DNA of 64,000 bases from Patescibacteria group bacterium (GTDB lineage Bacteria; Patescibacteriota; Microgenomatia; UBA12405). Positions 1-10,314 of this stretch are shown here, one piece after another. The notes under the pieces are model-generated. The model saw only the letters and a program-made list of their open reading frames with translations. It did no database searches and was not told the origin of the DNA. The translations under genes were made by a program, and so were the position numbers. The DNA lies in the NCBI GenBank assembly GCA_050943115.1, contig JBMNON010000003.1:28565-92564 (forward strand), in the 5' to 3' direction. The first letter of the stretch is position 1, and each line of letters opens with the position of its first letter.

Positions 1-209
1 AGTATCAGGGTTAAGATTACCAAAAGAACTGCAAAAATCAGATGGATGTAGGAAAAAATGATAAGGGTAGAGTTAAACTTATCAACAATGTGGCGGGCCA
101 TCGAGGTCGTTTGTTTGACAATAATAAGGGCAAATATGGCATATATTACAGCCCCCAGAGTGGACAGGATTTTTTGAGACAGAATGACGATGTCGTTTAA
201 TTGATTCAT
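1..209 (-). CDS. small membrane protein (runs off window edge)
   Basis: Manually translated MNQLNDIVILSQKILSTLGAVIYAIFALIIVKQ...; two hydrophobic segments; ATG overlaps the stop of the upstream gene. Confidence 0.7.
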   Translation of the reverse strand, partial: MNQLNDIVILSQKILSTLGAVIYAIFALIIVKQTTSMARHIVDKFNSTLIIFSYIHLIFAVLLVILTLI

Positions 210-958
210 TTTATCCTCCCTTCCAAAGACTCCTGCTCCTCCTCCCCCCTCATCTGCTGGAGAACCTGCAAGACAAGATTGGGGTTGGGAATTTTTTCTA
301 TTTTTATAACCGGGATTTCTGCTGCAGTTTGAATTAGAACTGATCCATAATTAAATAAAGTTTGAGAAACACCGCCGACCACAGAGGTAACATCCTGGAT
401 CATGGAAATTTTGGCCTCAGAGATCTTCTTGTCTATTAGATTGAAAAAGTCAATATCGACAACCCTTTCCTCGGTGATAATAAAGACGTTGAAGTACCAA
501 GACAGAAATTGTTCGAAAGCGATAGCAAAAGTTAAGAGATACCAAAAGATGAGCAAGGCAAAATTCAGACTGGCAGGGACAAGATTAATAATGGGTGGCA
601 AAAAGGAAACTAAAATGGGGGCCAGTACCATGAGAAATGTAACTAAAATCCAGGAAACATTAGTAAACCAATGTCGACGTAAAACAAGTATTATCTCTTC
701 GTCATCCTCACGAGTGTCGAAGGTAAAAACTTTTGGCCGGGCCAGGAAGGAGGAAAAGGAAGTTTTGGTTTTCCCTTGAAGAAGCTGATAGACCCTTTGG
801 CGAAATTTCTGGTTTCTCGAGGGAGAGAAGGATGGTGCGCCCTCCTGCTGCAAGGGTTTTGATTTGAGGGAAGGTTTAGCTTCTTTTTTGGAAGCTTTTG
901 GTGAATTTTCTATAGGATCATCGGGAGCAATAGAGTCAAGATCTTTTGATCGAGCCAT
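206..958 (-). CDS. bacterial PH-domain (bPH_2-like) membrane protein
   Basis: Two TM helices then IITEERVVDIDF...IQDVT...QTLFNYGSVLIQTA pattern. Confidence 0.75.
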   Translation of the reverse strand: MARSKDLDSIAPDDPIENSPKASKKEAKPSLKSKPLQQEGAPSFSPSRNQKFRQRVYQLLQGKTKTSFSSFLARPKVFTFDTREDDEEIILVLRRHWFTNVSWILVTFLMVLAPILVSFLPPIINLVPASLNFALLIFWYLLTFAIAFEQFLSWYFNVFIITEERVVDIDFFNLIDKKISEAKISMIQDVTSVVGGVSQTLFNYGSVLIQTAAEIPVIKIEKIPNPNLVLQVLQQMRGEEEQESLEGRIK

Positions 959-985
959 AGGTTTATTGTAACATTTTAAGTAAGC

Positions 986-2734
986 TTATTTCTTTTCGAT
1001 GTTGAAAAGAGCCGACTTAATGGCAATGGCTCCGGGAGCCCGAAGGACAAAGATTTCTTTGAAATCTTCACCTGAAAAGGTAAAGTTTCCTTTATCGGTA
1101 GATAGATGAACATTGGTAGTGTAGCCACCGGTAGAATAATCGACGGAAACAGAACTGACACTGGATACGGGGCCACCATACTGGGCAGCTTTCGAGCGAA
1201 GTTCATCTCTGGACCAGGCGTTGGGATCATTGCCGCCAAAACAACCTCCTGAATCAATTTGAGAAAGGTGACCGATGCTTCCCTTATCTTTTGAATAGAC
1301 TAAAACGGCGTTAACAATATCGGCAAACTCATCGTTAGTCAGCCAGGGATGAGAACGGCCACAAGCTTGATTGCTACGAGTTTTGTACCAACCTTTGTAA
1401 TACCAGGAGGAATTAGCACTGCGTTCATAGGAATCGTTAGGCCAGCAGGACTGGGAGCCACAAGCAGTATCCCAGATTTGAGGTGTGGAGTGGCCAAGAG
1501 AACTGTAGCTATATATGGCACCGCCGGCGGTTGAGGCATACATAGTAGAAAATATTTCATTAGTTTTGTTGCTGACTACCACCTTGCCCCTGGTGGCTTC
1601 GACGGCTTGTTTCCAAAGACCAGGACTATTGTAGCGGGACGATTTATAGACCTGACAAGCTTCAGTAACACAAATCGTGCCGGTTGAACTGCGGCTGTTT
1701 AGGCGCCAGTTAGTGGAGGCCAGGGCATAAGTGCGGGCGGCAATAGCCTGAGCCTTGAGAGCCTCCATGCCACCGTCACTCCCCCAGTTTGCCGGCATTT
1801 CGGCTATACCTACCAGATAATTATCTTCAAAAGGCAGCGAGCCGACAGTGGTGCTAATCGTACCGGGCATATCAACGGTTTCGATGCGGACATCACCATA
1901 GTAAGCCTTAAGAATGGTTTCAAAATTTTGGCCAGCCTTGGAACGGCCATATGCCCCAAATTGGCTCATGCCCTTACGATGGGGAGCACCAAAGGAAAAT
2001 GCAGCAAAAGCGGGACTGAAGCCGGGGTTGTAGTCCGACCTGGAAGCCGGATCGTCAGAGGAAGATACGTCACCAACGGAAGTATTAAACATAGCCGTCT
2101 TGGCAGCAATAAGTTCCTGTTGTTTTTTACTTAGTTCAGCCTTGTAATCTTCGGCTTTTTGGATTTCATTGGCAAGAAAACCAAAACGGTCCTCAAGGCT
2201 TTTTTTGATTGAAGCTAATTTGGTTTTTTCTTTTTCAAGACTAATTTTGTTTTGTTCCAAGGTGGCAATATCGGTAACATATTGGGCGATGGTGCTTTTA
2301 TCCTGAGAAATAATGGACTGGAACCAGGCGTATTGCCGTAAAAGACTGGAGCTTTGAGAACTGGAAAAGAAAATAAGAAGAGGGTTAAATTTTTGGGTAT
2401 TGATGTAATAACGACGGATACGTTCATGGAGAAGAATTTTTTGGACTTCTAAGTCCGATTCTTTATCAACCAAACGCTGGCCAAGGTCAGCGACCTGTTT
2501 TTCGGTAAGGACAATTTGGCTTTTCGCGTTGGCAATTTTTGATTTGAGGGAGGTGGATTCCGACTTAAGTGGGGCGATGGCCTTTTCAAGGTCTTCGATT
2601 TGCTTGCTGATTTGGGCGATTTCATCGTCTATGGTGGCAAGGGACCTGAGTGGAGAAAGCAGAAAAGATACGGAAAAAGTAGCCAACAAGATAAACAAAG
2701 TTAATAATGATAATTTGGAGAGCTTATGATGCAC
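986..2734 (-). CDS. secreted coiled-coil + SpoIID/LytB-domain peptidoglycan hydrolase
   Basis: Signal anchor, long heptad region, GMSQFGA...ILKAYY and AEMP...EALKAQAIAARTYA motifs. Confidence 0.85.
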   Translation of the reverse strand: MHHKLSKLSLLTLFILLATFSVSFLLSPLRSLATIDDEIAQISKQIEDLEKAIAPLKSESTSLKSKIANAKSQIVLTEKQVADLGQRLVDKESDLEVQKILLHERIRRYYINTQKFNPLLIFFSSSQSSSLLRQYAWFQSIISQDKSTIAQYVTDIATLEQNKISLEKEKTKLASIKKSLEDRFGFLANEIQKAEDYKAELSKKQQELIAAKTAMFNTSVGDVSSSDDPASRSDYNPGFSPAFAAFSFGAPHRKGMSQFGAYGRSKAGQNFETILKAYYGDVRIETVDMPGTISTTVGSLPFEDNYLVGIAEMPANWGSDGGMEALKAQAIAARTYALASTNWRLNSRSSTGTICVTEACQVYKSSRYNSPGLWKQAVEATRGKVVVSNKTNEIFSTMYASTAGGAIYSYSSLGHSTPQIWDTACGSQSCWPNDSYERSANSSWYYKGWYKTRSNQACGRSHPWLTNDEFADIVNAVLVYSKDKGSIGHLSQIDSGGCFGGNDPNAWSRDELRSKAAQYGGPVSSVSSVSVDYSTGGYTTNVHLSTDKGNFTFSGEDFKEIFVLRAPGAIAIKSALFNIEKK

Positions 2735-2769
2735 TAATTGATTTTAGCATCGTGTTATACTTCAATAAA

Positions 2770-3621
2770 ATGAAGCGGTTGATTATCCTGTTTTTTATGA
2801 TGTTTTTTAGTTGCATGACGACTAAGAGCGTGTTGGCTGCATGTAATGACGCAAGTATGCTTACATATACCACATGCAATAGTTTGGCAGATTGTGACCT
2901 AGATGTAGAGGCCTTTCCAATTAGCGGTAGTGACGTAGATGACTATAAGACTCATTGTGAGAGTACTTATAACGGAAGTGCGTGCACAGAAATATTGAAT
3001 TTGCCTGGAGTGGGATACACCGTAATGTGTTATATGAAAATTAATCAACCGACACCAACTACACCACACCCGACAAGCTGCGGATTACTGGGGGGTATTT
3101 GTTGCAAAGATGGTGAAGATAAGTGGTTCTGTCGGGAAGACCAGGGCGGCCCCGCACCTGATGGAACATCTTGTTATTGCAGAGCCACCGCGCCAACAGT
3201 GGAACCGACATTCCCGGTAGCATCACCGACACCTGATCCTTATGTCGATGGGGATGGAATTAGCTTAACTTTTACCTCTGACAAAGAAATTTTTTGCGGA
3301 GCTGGCGATAAACCATCCGAGACCCCCTTGGATCCAGAAAATCCATATATTTATACAGCTTTCGGCTGTATGCCGGTAAAAAGTAATGCATTTATTAAAT
3401 GGTTGCTGCCGTTTTTATTTGGGATTGCCGGAGGAATTGCCTTTTTGTTAATGATATCCGGATTCTTTATGATACTAACCTCGAGAGGAGATCCCAAGGT
3501 TGTCCAGGCCGGAAGAGAAAAGGTAACCGCAGCCATAACAGGTCTTTTGGTGATCCTGTTTTCGGTGTTCCTGCTCAGGCTAATTTTAGTAGGAATATTA
3601 AAAATTCCAGGAGTATTTTGA
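2770..3621 (+). CDS. CPR-type (TrbC/VirB2-like) pilin with Cys-rich N-terminal extension
   Basis: Signal peptide, many Cys, PT linkers, C-terminal TAFGCMP...GF..LTSRGDP...GREKVTAAITGL. Confidence 0.75.
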   Translation: MKRLIILFFMMFFSCMTTKSVLAACNDASMLTYTTCNSLADCDLDVEAFPISGSDVDDYKTHCESTYNGSACTEILNLPGVGYTVMCYMKINQPTPTTPHPTSCGLLGGICCKDGEDKWFCREDQGGPAPDGTSCYCRATAPTVEPTFPVASPTPDPYVDGDGISLTFTSDKEIFCGAGDKPSETPLDPENPYIYTAFGCMPVKSNAFIKWLLPFLFGIAGGIAFLLMISGFFMILTSRGDPKVVQAGREKVTAAITGLLVILFSVFLLRLILVGILKIPGVF

Positions 3622-3624
3622 GCA

Positions 3625-3978
3625 ATGCTTAATTTATTAAATTTAAAAGTTTGGGCAGCCCATGATCCTTCAGCTGATGGAGCCGGCAACACGGCCATGC
3701 TACCTACATACGAAGGAACGGGATTTACTTTAGAAGGTAAGAACTTGGGGCAAATAATTACCGAATTTATGCCTTTTGTATTTACTATCGCCGGAGTTGC
3801 ACTGCTTTTTGTGATTATTATGGGCGGGGTAACACTGATGACCTCGGGAGGCGATCCCAATAAAACAAAAGAGGGATACGGCAAGATTGTCGCTGGGGTA
3901 ATTGGGTTTTTGATAATTTTTGCCAGTTATTTTATTGCCCAGATTATCGAAACGATACTTGGAATGAAATTGTTATGA
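3625..3978 (+). CDS. CPR-type (TrbC/VirB2-like) pilin
   Basis: IAGVALLFVIIMGGVTLMTSGGDPNKTKEG...GVIGFLIIFASY. Confidence 0.8.
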   Translation: MLNLLNLKVWAAHDPSADGAGNTAMLPTYEGTGFTLEGKNLGQIITEFMPFVFTIAGVALLFVIIMGGVTLMTSGGDPNKTKEGYGKIVAGVIGFLIIFASYFIAQIIETILGMKLL

Positions 3979-4181
3979 GACGGGTTGAAGCAGTAAACGG
4001 GATACCCGTCGATTGCCCGGTTTTGGACCACTTTTTGGGGATGTCCGCCATCAGATCGTGTCGGGGGACCAATCACGAGGTCTGTGATGAGTGTAGTTTA
4101 AGGAAGGGAAGTAACAGGGAGGCTGTTCCGGGAAAAATTAGCGGCCGTGACGACGAGAGCGCTGCTGGTACCAATAAATAG
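3975..4181 (+). CDS. small four-Cys hypothetical protein
   Basis: ATGA overlap with the pilin stop; Cys pattern C..C..CDEC; 3' end overlaps uppS. Confidence 0.45.
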   Translation: MRRVEAVNGIPVDCPVLDHFLGMSAIRSCRGTNHEVCDECSLRKGSNREAVPGKISGRDDESAAGTNK

Positions 4182-4893
4182 TTTGTTCCAGCTTTTTTGG
4201 AGTAAAATCCGGCCAAAGAGTATCGGTGAAGTAGAGTTCAGCGTAAGACATCTGCCAGAGGAGGAAGTTGGACAGACGGAATTCGCCGCCAGGGCGAATA
4301 ATTAAGTCAGGGTCAGGCTGACCTTTGGTATACAGATATTCGGATACTAACTTTTCATTAATTTTTTGAGCAGGAACCTTATCCTTGATAATTTGCTTGA
4401 TGGCATTAACAATTTCATCCCGGCCGCCATAATTAAGGGCAACATTGAACTTAACCCTTTCGTTATCCAAAACTATGTCCATAACACTTTTAATGGCATT
4501 TTTTACCTTAAAAGGAAATGCCTGAAAATTACCAAGAACAAAGAACTTAATTCCGGAGCGCTGGTACTCTTCTTTTTTGGTTTTGACAATATTGACTAAA
4601 AGATCAAAGATACCCTTAACTTCCTTGGCTGAACGCTTTTTCCAGTTCTCAGTGGAAAGGGCATAAACAGTTAGATGTTTGACACCTATTTGGCGGCAAT
4701 ACTCAACAATTTTTTCCAGATTCTGAGCTCCAGCTTTGTGACCATCGGTAGGTTTGAGACCCCGGGCAACAGCCCAACGGCGGTTGCCATCCATAATGAT
4801 AGCGATATGCTGAGGAAGGTTATTCGGGTCAATTTTCAGTTTGGTTACAAAAGGAGATTTTGCTTTTTTGGTTTGGATTGAAACTGGAGTCAT
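4138..4893 (-). CDS. uppS: undecaprenyl/polyprenyl diphosphate synthase
   Basis: HIAIIMDGNRRWA, STENWK, NYGGRDEI, RLSNFLLWQ. Confidence 0.95.
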   Translation of the reverse strand: MTPVSIQTKKAKSPFVTKLKIDPNNLPQHIAIIMDGNRRWAVARGLKPTDGHKAGAQNLEKIVEYCRQIGVKHLTVYALSTENWKKRSAKEVKGIFDLLVNIVKTKKEEYQRSGIKFFVLGNFQAFPFKVKNAIKSVMDIVLDNERVKFNVALNYGGRDEIVNAIKQIIKDKVPAQKINEKLVSEYLYTKGQPDPDLIIRPGGEFRLSNFLLWQMSYAELYFTDTLWPDFTPKKLEQTIYWYQQRSRRHGR

Positions 4894-4928
4894 ATTATTT
4901 ATGTCGCTGATTTTTGGAAAATCATTCT

Positions 4929-4955
4929 AAAAAAACCCGCCAGATGCGGGTTTTT
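4929..4955 (-). terminator. intrinsic terminator downstream of 16S rRNA
   Basis: AAAAACCCGC-CAGAT-GCGGGTTTTT hairpin with T-runs on both strands. Confidence 0.85.
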
Positions 4956-5049
4956 AAATTCAATCTATCAAGCGTTTAAAGCTGCATTGTTAGTACCAGA
5001 AAGACGACGGATGAAGAATTGTCCGACACAAGATCGGCATAATTTCCTC

Positions 5050-6549
5050 AAAGGAGGTGATCCATCCGCACCTTCCAGTACGGATACCTTGTTACGACTT
5101 AACCCTCATCGCTGGATTCACCTTGGTCCTACAACAATGTAAGACTTCAGGTGCCCCCAACTTTGCTGATTTGACGGGCAGTGTGTGCAAGAGGCGAGAA
5201 CGTATTCACCGCAGTCTGCTGATCTGCGATTACTACCAATTCCGGGTTCATGCAGGCGAGTTTCAGCCTGCAATCCCAACTGAGGGAGGTTTTTAGGATT
5301 AGCTCCGCCTCGCGGCATTGCAACCCGTTGTACCACCCATTGTAGGATGTGTGTAGCCCTGGATATAAGCATCATGATGACTTGACGTCGTCCCCTCCTT
5401 CCTCCCAACAAAATAATGCTGGGCAGTCTCCTGTGACACAGTAACACAGGATAGGGGTTGCGCTCGTTACCTCACTTAAGAGAACAACTCACGTCACGAG
5501 CTGACGACAGCCATGCAACAGCTGTGTACCACCCTCGAAGGCTTCTACATCTCTGTAGCTTGCAGGTACATGTCAAACCCAGGTAAGGTTCATCGCTTCG
5601 TATCGAATTGAACCACATGCTCCACTGGTTGTGCGCCTCCCCGCCAATTCGTTTGAGTTTCGGCCTTGCGGCTATACTCCCCAGGCGGTCCGTTTAACGC
5701 GTTAGCTAGCATCCCCCAAAAAAAATCGGAGAATTAACGGACATTGTTTACGGCTAGGACTACTCAGGTCTCTAATCTGATTGGCTACCCTAGCTTTCGT
5801 CTCTGAGTGTCAGTACATACCTGGTTACCCGCCTTCGCGCTTGGTGTTCTTTCTAGTATCCACGGATTTTACCCCTACACTAGAAATTCCAGTAACTCCG
5901 ATATGACTCAAGTCTTCCAGTATCCTGCCCCTGTCTCCGATTGAGTCGGAGGCTTTGAAACAAGACTTAAAAGACCACCTACAGACGCTTTACGCCCAGT
6001 AAAACCGGGTAACGCTTGCAACCTACGTATTACCGCGACTGCTGGCACGTAGTTAGTAGTTGCTTATTCGAAATAGCTTCATGCTAAAACAAAAGTGGTT
6101 TACAACCCGAAGGCCGTCATCCCACACGCGGCGTCGCTGCGTCAGACTTTCGTCCATTGCGCAAGATTCCTAACTGCTGCCACCCGTAGGTGTATGGGCC
6201 GTGTCTCAGTCCCATTGTGCCGGACTCTCCGCTAAGAGCCGGTAGCCGTCATAGCCTTGGTGAGCCGTTACCTCACCAACAAGCTGGTAGCAAGCACGCT
6301 GCTCTCTAAGTGATTTGCATCTTTACCCCGGAGGGACTATGGGGAATTACCCTACCTTTCGGTAGGCTATGCCCCGCTTAGAGGTACATTCGTACTCATT
6401 ACTCACCCGTTCGCCGCTGAACTTGAAGTCTACACTAAAGAACTCTACACGCAGGAGTCCCTTAGTGTAAACAACAAGCCCCGCTCGACTTGCATGTCTT
6501 AGGCACGCCGCCAGCGTTCACCCTGAGCCACGATCAAACTCTTAGTACA
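5050..6549 (-). rRNA. rrs: 16S ribosomal RNA (ends approximate; not linked to 23S)
   Basis: On the minus strand: AGAGTTTGATCGTGGCTCAG, GTGCCAGCAGTCGCGGTAA, AAGTCGTAACAAGG and 3' GATCACCTCCTTT. Confidence 0.98.
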
Positions 6550-6634
6550 AAAATCCCGACAATCTCGGGATAAAAGATTTTTTTAGTTAAATCGTCTTTA
6601 CCGGTACTAACGATATGGCTTTAAAACGCTTGCG

Positions 6635-6707
6635 ATTGTCAAAGTACTTTTGGCTAACCTTCGGTTAGTCAGTGAATTATTATATTACACCTTTTGATAA
6701 TTTGCAT
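6635..6707 (-). promoter_or_regulatory. 16S promoter and leader: -35 ATGCAA, 17 nt, -10 TATAAT, 5' hairpin, boxA-like GTACTTTGACAAT
   Basis: -10 at 6679-6684, -35 at 6702-6707, hairpin 6652-6670, boxA-like 6635-6647. Confidence 0.6.
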
Positions 6708-6801
6708 TAGGCAAATTAGAAGTAGTACGGTTGATACTTTTGCTGGTAGTTATCGGTGCAATTGTTGTATAATTGTATCAAATTTCCGGTAATATGTCCA
6801 G

Positions 6802-7863
6802 TTAGAGACGAATAATTTTGGCGCTAGGGAGATAGAAGGCACTACTGTCTTCAGAAGAAGTGAATATGGTTTGATAGTTAAGAGACAAGTGACTGACTAA
6901 CTGCTGGTGTTCAGGATCAAGCTCGGAAAAGATATCATCGAGCAGTAATAAAGGTTTTTCCTGATAGATTTTTTCCAGGTACTGAATTTGAGCCAATCTG
7001 AGGGCAAGAACTGCCAGCCTCTGTTGACCCCGGCTACCCCAATTTGACAAGTTTTTATCTTCGTACGGAAAAATTGAACTATCAAAAGAAAAATCGTCCC
7101 GATGACAGCCTGATTGGGTAAAGCCACGGGAAAGATCCAAGGAATAATTGGAATCAAGCTTTTCTTGGCTAAGGATAGAGGGTTTGTAATTAAGGGATAA
7201 GGTTTGGATTTCCGGGTGGGTGTGCCGGGAATAAAATGAGTTGACGTGGCGGGTAAAAGCCAGGCGGTGATCATGAATAATTTTGTCGTTTTTAATGAGT
7301 GATTGATCCCAATAGAATAGTTCGTTTTTGGTATTGGTCATCTGCCGAATTTGATCTAACAACTCGTTGCGATGCTTTAGGGCTTTATTGTATTGGGAGA
7401 GGGCCGAGGCATAACGCCAGTCGATAGAGGAAAAGGTATCATCAAGATATTCGCGACGACGGGAGGGAGAGCCGGTAACCAAGCGAATATCTTCGGGCTG
7501 GAAAATTACTACTTTGAAAGTACCTAGATAGTTTTTGCGGCTTTTTTCGACTTTGTCGATGAGAAACTTTCTTTTTATGGAAGCACTGCCTTCTTCCCTG
7601 ATAAGCTGCAGCTCCAATTCCAAATCCTGTTGTTTTCTGGTGATTTTTGACCTAACGATGGTATAGGGGTGCTGCCACTTAAGTAATTGAGGAAGAGTAG
7701 CCGACCTAAAACTTTTACCAGTTGATAGAAAATAAATTGCCTCCAAAATATTACTTTTACCGCTGCCGTTCTTGCCTAAGATTAAGTTATTTTGAGGACT
7801 AAACTCCAATATCCGTTCAGAGTAGGAACGAAAGTTATTTAATAACAATTTATTAATATGCAT
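6802..7863 (-). CDS. recF: DNA replication and repair protein RecF
   Basis: NFRSY, GKNGSGKSN, GSPSRRR, GSRGQQR, LLLDDIFSELD. Confidence 0.95.
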   Translation of the reverse strand: MHINKLLLNNFRSYSERILEFSPQNNLILGKNGSGKSNILEAIYFLSTGKSFRSATLPQLLKWQHPYTIVRSKITRKQQDLELELQLIREEGSASIKRKFLIDKVEKSRKNYLGTFKVVIFQPEDIRLVTGSPSRRREYLDDTFSSIDWRYASALSQYNKALKHRNELLDQIRQMTNTKNELFYWDQSLIKNDKIIHDHRLAFTRHVNSFYSRHTHPEIQTLSLNYKPSILSQEKLDSNYSLDLSRGFTQSGCHRDDFSFDSSIFPYEDKNLSNWGSRGQQRLAVLALRLAQIQYLEKIYQEKPLLLLDDIFSELDPEHQQLVSHLSLNYQTIFTSSEDSSAFYLPSAKIIRL

Positions 7864-7891
7864 GGAATATATTGTGTGCTAGATTAGCTTA

Positions 7892-8746
7892 ATGTTAAAA
7901 GATAACATAAGAATACCCGGATTCGAACTTTTTGTCGAAAAAAAGGTGAAGGTTGGCGATATTTTTATTAACTACGCCGAAGCGGGTGAGGGTAAAGTAA
8001 TAATTCTGATTCACGGTTGGACAAACAACTGGACTGGACTGATTCCGGTAGCTTCTCACCTACTGCCTAATTATAGGGTAATTATTGTAGATTTACCGGG
8101 CTATGGGGAAAGCGGAAGGTTGAAAAACTATTCCGTAATGACGATGGCTTCACACCTGAAAGGATTAATAGACGGACTTAAGCTAAGGAGGGTATCTTTG
8201 GCCGGACACTCAATGGGAACTTTTGTGGTATCAAAATTTTTGGAGATGTATCCTGAAAGCATCGAAAAATTGATACTAATCGGACCCGTATTTAGAAAAA
8301 ATAATAAGGTAAGGACGTTAAAAGCAACCGAAAGGTTCTTCTCCTTGGCAGACAAACACGGCAGGTTACAAACGGTGATTGATAAGGTGGTGAAAAGAGA
8401 CACGTTCTCTTACCTTACGGCCAAATATCTTAATATGTATAAGTTCGACAAGCCGACAGTGCAAAAGTATGGAATAGTCGGAAAAAGGAAGATGTCAATT
8501 GACGCCTATGTGGATATGGGGGTGGAAATAGCCAAACTAAAAATGGAGAAAATTATTGCTAACAACAAAAAACCGATTTTGATGGTTTTCGGGAAGTACG
8601 ATAAAATTACTAATTGCGAACAAGCCAAGGAAGCGCTTTTGGGCTTGGGTAATTATAAATATGAAGTAATCGATAAAGCCGGACACGTGGTTACGGTGGA
8701 AAAGCCGAAACAAGTGGCCGAGTCGATAAAAAAATTTTTAGACTAA
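7892..8746 (+). CDS. alpha/beta hydrolase
   Basis: IHGW, DLPGYGES, GHSMG nucleophile elbow, GKYD, AGH. Confidence 0.9.
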   Translation: MLKDNIRIPGFELFVEKKVKVGDIFINYAEAGEGKVIILIHGWTNNWTGLIPVASHLLPNYRVIIVDLPGYGESGRLKNYSVMTMASHLKGLIDGLKLRRVSLAGHSMGTFVVSKFLEMYPESIEKLILIGPVFRKNNKVRTLKATERFFSLADKHGRLQTVIDKVVKRDTFSYLTAKYLNMYKFDKPTVQKYGIVGKRKMSIDAYVDMGVEIAKLKMEKIIANNKKPILMVFGKYDKITNCEQAKEALLGLGNYKYEVIDKAGHVVTVEKPKQVAESIKKFLD

Positions 8747-9769
8747 ATGACAAAAATTAAAAGGCTGTACTGGCTACTAAACAAAGAAGGTTTGTTGGGA
8801 TTAAAAAGTAAGATAGCGGAAAAGAAACAAAAATGGTGGTGGAGATGGCCACTTCAAGCGGGCAATAAAATCCTGGGCTGGGAGAACATGATGAATTTTT
8901 GGATTAAAATTGATTCAAAAGCAGAGGAAGAGGATTGGGGGACAGCATCAAAAGAATTAATTTCAAAACTGGGGATTGAATTGGATACGGGCGAGGATTT
9001 GGAAAGAATTAGAAAGAATAAAAAGGCGACCTTGGTGCTGGGAGTTAACCATGAGGCAATTTTGGAACCGTTTATTATCGCTTCCCTGTTAGGCGACAGA
9101 AGGGTGTCGCTGATTTCACTTAAAGTACTGCAAGTGCTGGGAAGAGCATACAGTAAATACATTATGCCGGTGATGCCAAGACGTTATGCAAAGGATGAGA
9201 AAAGATTTAAAAGATGGATTGTCAATAAAGTACACCCAAGGGCCAGGCTTTACGGCATAGAGGAGCTGAAAGTAGTTGAAATCGATGAAATGAATGAAAA
9301 AGTGTTTAATAGAGCAGCCAAGAGGCTGATGGAAGGCATGGATGTAGTACTATTTGCTACGGGAGGAAAAGTGGCCCAAGCAGCTTGGGGCAGAGGTTTG
9401 GGAGAAATTGTCAATAGAGTTAGTAAAGAAAAGCGGAGTGATGTACAAATTGCGTTTTTCCATTTTGATGGACTAAGGCAGATGGAGGTAGTAAAAAGGT
9501 TTTGGATGGCAGCAAACGGAAAGAAACTTAAAAAGATAAACGTAAGGGTAAACTGCCATAAGGGCTTTGAATTGAGTAGAATTGAACAGGCACTGGGAGA
9601 AAGATTTGAGCCAAAGAGCATCGTCGAGTACATTAAAGCCTGGAGTTTGGAAAAATTCGGCTATAACAAAGTTAGAGAGAGAAATATGTGGAAATGGCCG
9701 AAATTAGTATACCAACCGGTTTATGCCAGGCTAATGACGATTTGGGCTTTTGTGAGGATGAGAATCTAA
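8747..9769 (+). CDS. putative PlsC-superfamily acyltransferase
   Basis: NHEAILEP (NHxxxxD-like block I) and VVLFATGG (FPEG-like block III). Confidence 0.55.
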   Translation: MTKIKRLYWLLNKEGLLGLKSKIAEKKQKWWWRWPLQAGNKILGWENMMNFWIKIDSKAEEEDWGTASKELISKLGIELDTGEDLERIRKNKKATLVLGVNHEAILEPFIIASLLGDRRVSLISLKVLQVLGRAYSKYIMPVMPRRYAKDEKRFKRWIVNKVHPRARLYGIEELKVVEIDEMNEKVFNRAAKRLMEGMDVVLFATGGKVAQAAWGRGLGEIVNRVSKEKRSDVQIAFFHFDGLRQMEVVKRFWMAANGKKLKKINVRVNCHKGFELSRIEQALGERFEPKSIVEYIKAWSLEKFGYNKVRERNMWKWPKLVYQPVYARLMTIWAFVRMRI

Positions 9770-10278
9770 TTTTGCCGGGTAAGAAAGCTGAAAATGTGTT
9801 GACAAGCCTGTTTGACATCACCGTAGGTTTTCAGTTGGAAGGATGGAGATTCATCTTGGGAAATCCCCCGAACCATGTAACTTAAGTCTGGTAGTCTGCC
9901 CTCCCCTATCAAGCATAATACCGGAGTTTGGTTCAAGCCAAATTTCGGCTTATCCAAAGCCCTTTGAATCTCCATACCCACTCCGATACTGGGGGAATTA
10001 ACCAAGGCAACCAGGTGGGTGGCCTGATCAACCCAAAGAATGTCCTGGCGACGAACCGAAAACCAGGGTTGGCTACCAAGACGACCCAACGCAGTACGCC
10101 TAGTCCTAATTTCTTCCATTTCCTCGCGGCTGCGAGCTGCAACATGTTCGCTTAAAACATCAGCACCATTGTCCATCATATATCTTACTAATTTCCAGGG
10201 TAATTCCGAATCAGGTTCCGGAGAACCTTTGATAGAGCCGGAATAATAAATTTTAAATCCGCTAAAAATTTCCGACAT
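9766..10278 (-). CDS. nucleoside 2-deoxyribosyltransferase / DNPH1-like N-glycosidase
   Basis: IYYSGSIKG, VLSEHV, DILWVDQA, PSIGVGMEI. Confidence 0.8.
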   Translation of the reverse strand: MSEIFSGFKIYYSGSIKGSPEPDSELPWKLVRYMMDNGADVLSEHVAARSREEMEEIRTRRTALGRLGSQPWFSVRRQDILWVDQATHLVALVNSPSIGVGMEIQRALDKPKFGLNQTPVLCLIGEGRLPDLSYMVRGISQDESPSFQLKTYGDVKQACQHIFSFLTRQN

Positions 10279-10314
10279 GATACTTATTCTAACACCGGGA
10301 AAAAATTATTTTAG

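Noticed and set aside
5057-5447. ORFs 5057..5296 and 5118..5447
   Set aside because: They lie inside the 16S rRNA gene.
5050-6549. Intron in the 16S gene, common in CPR
   Set aside because: Length is about 1500 nt and conserved blocks are contiguous; only helix-length variation is seen.
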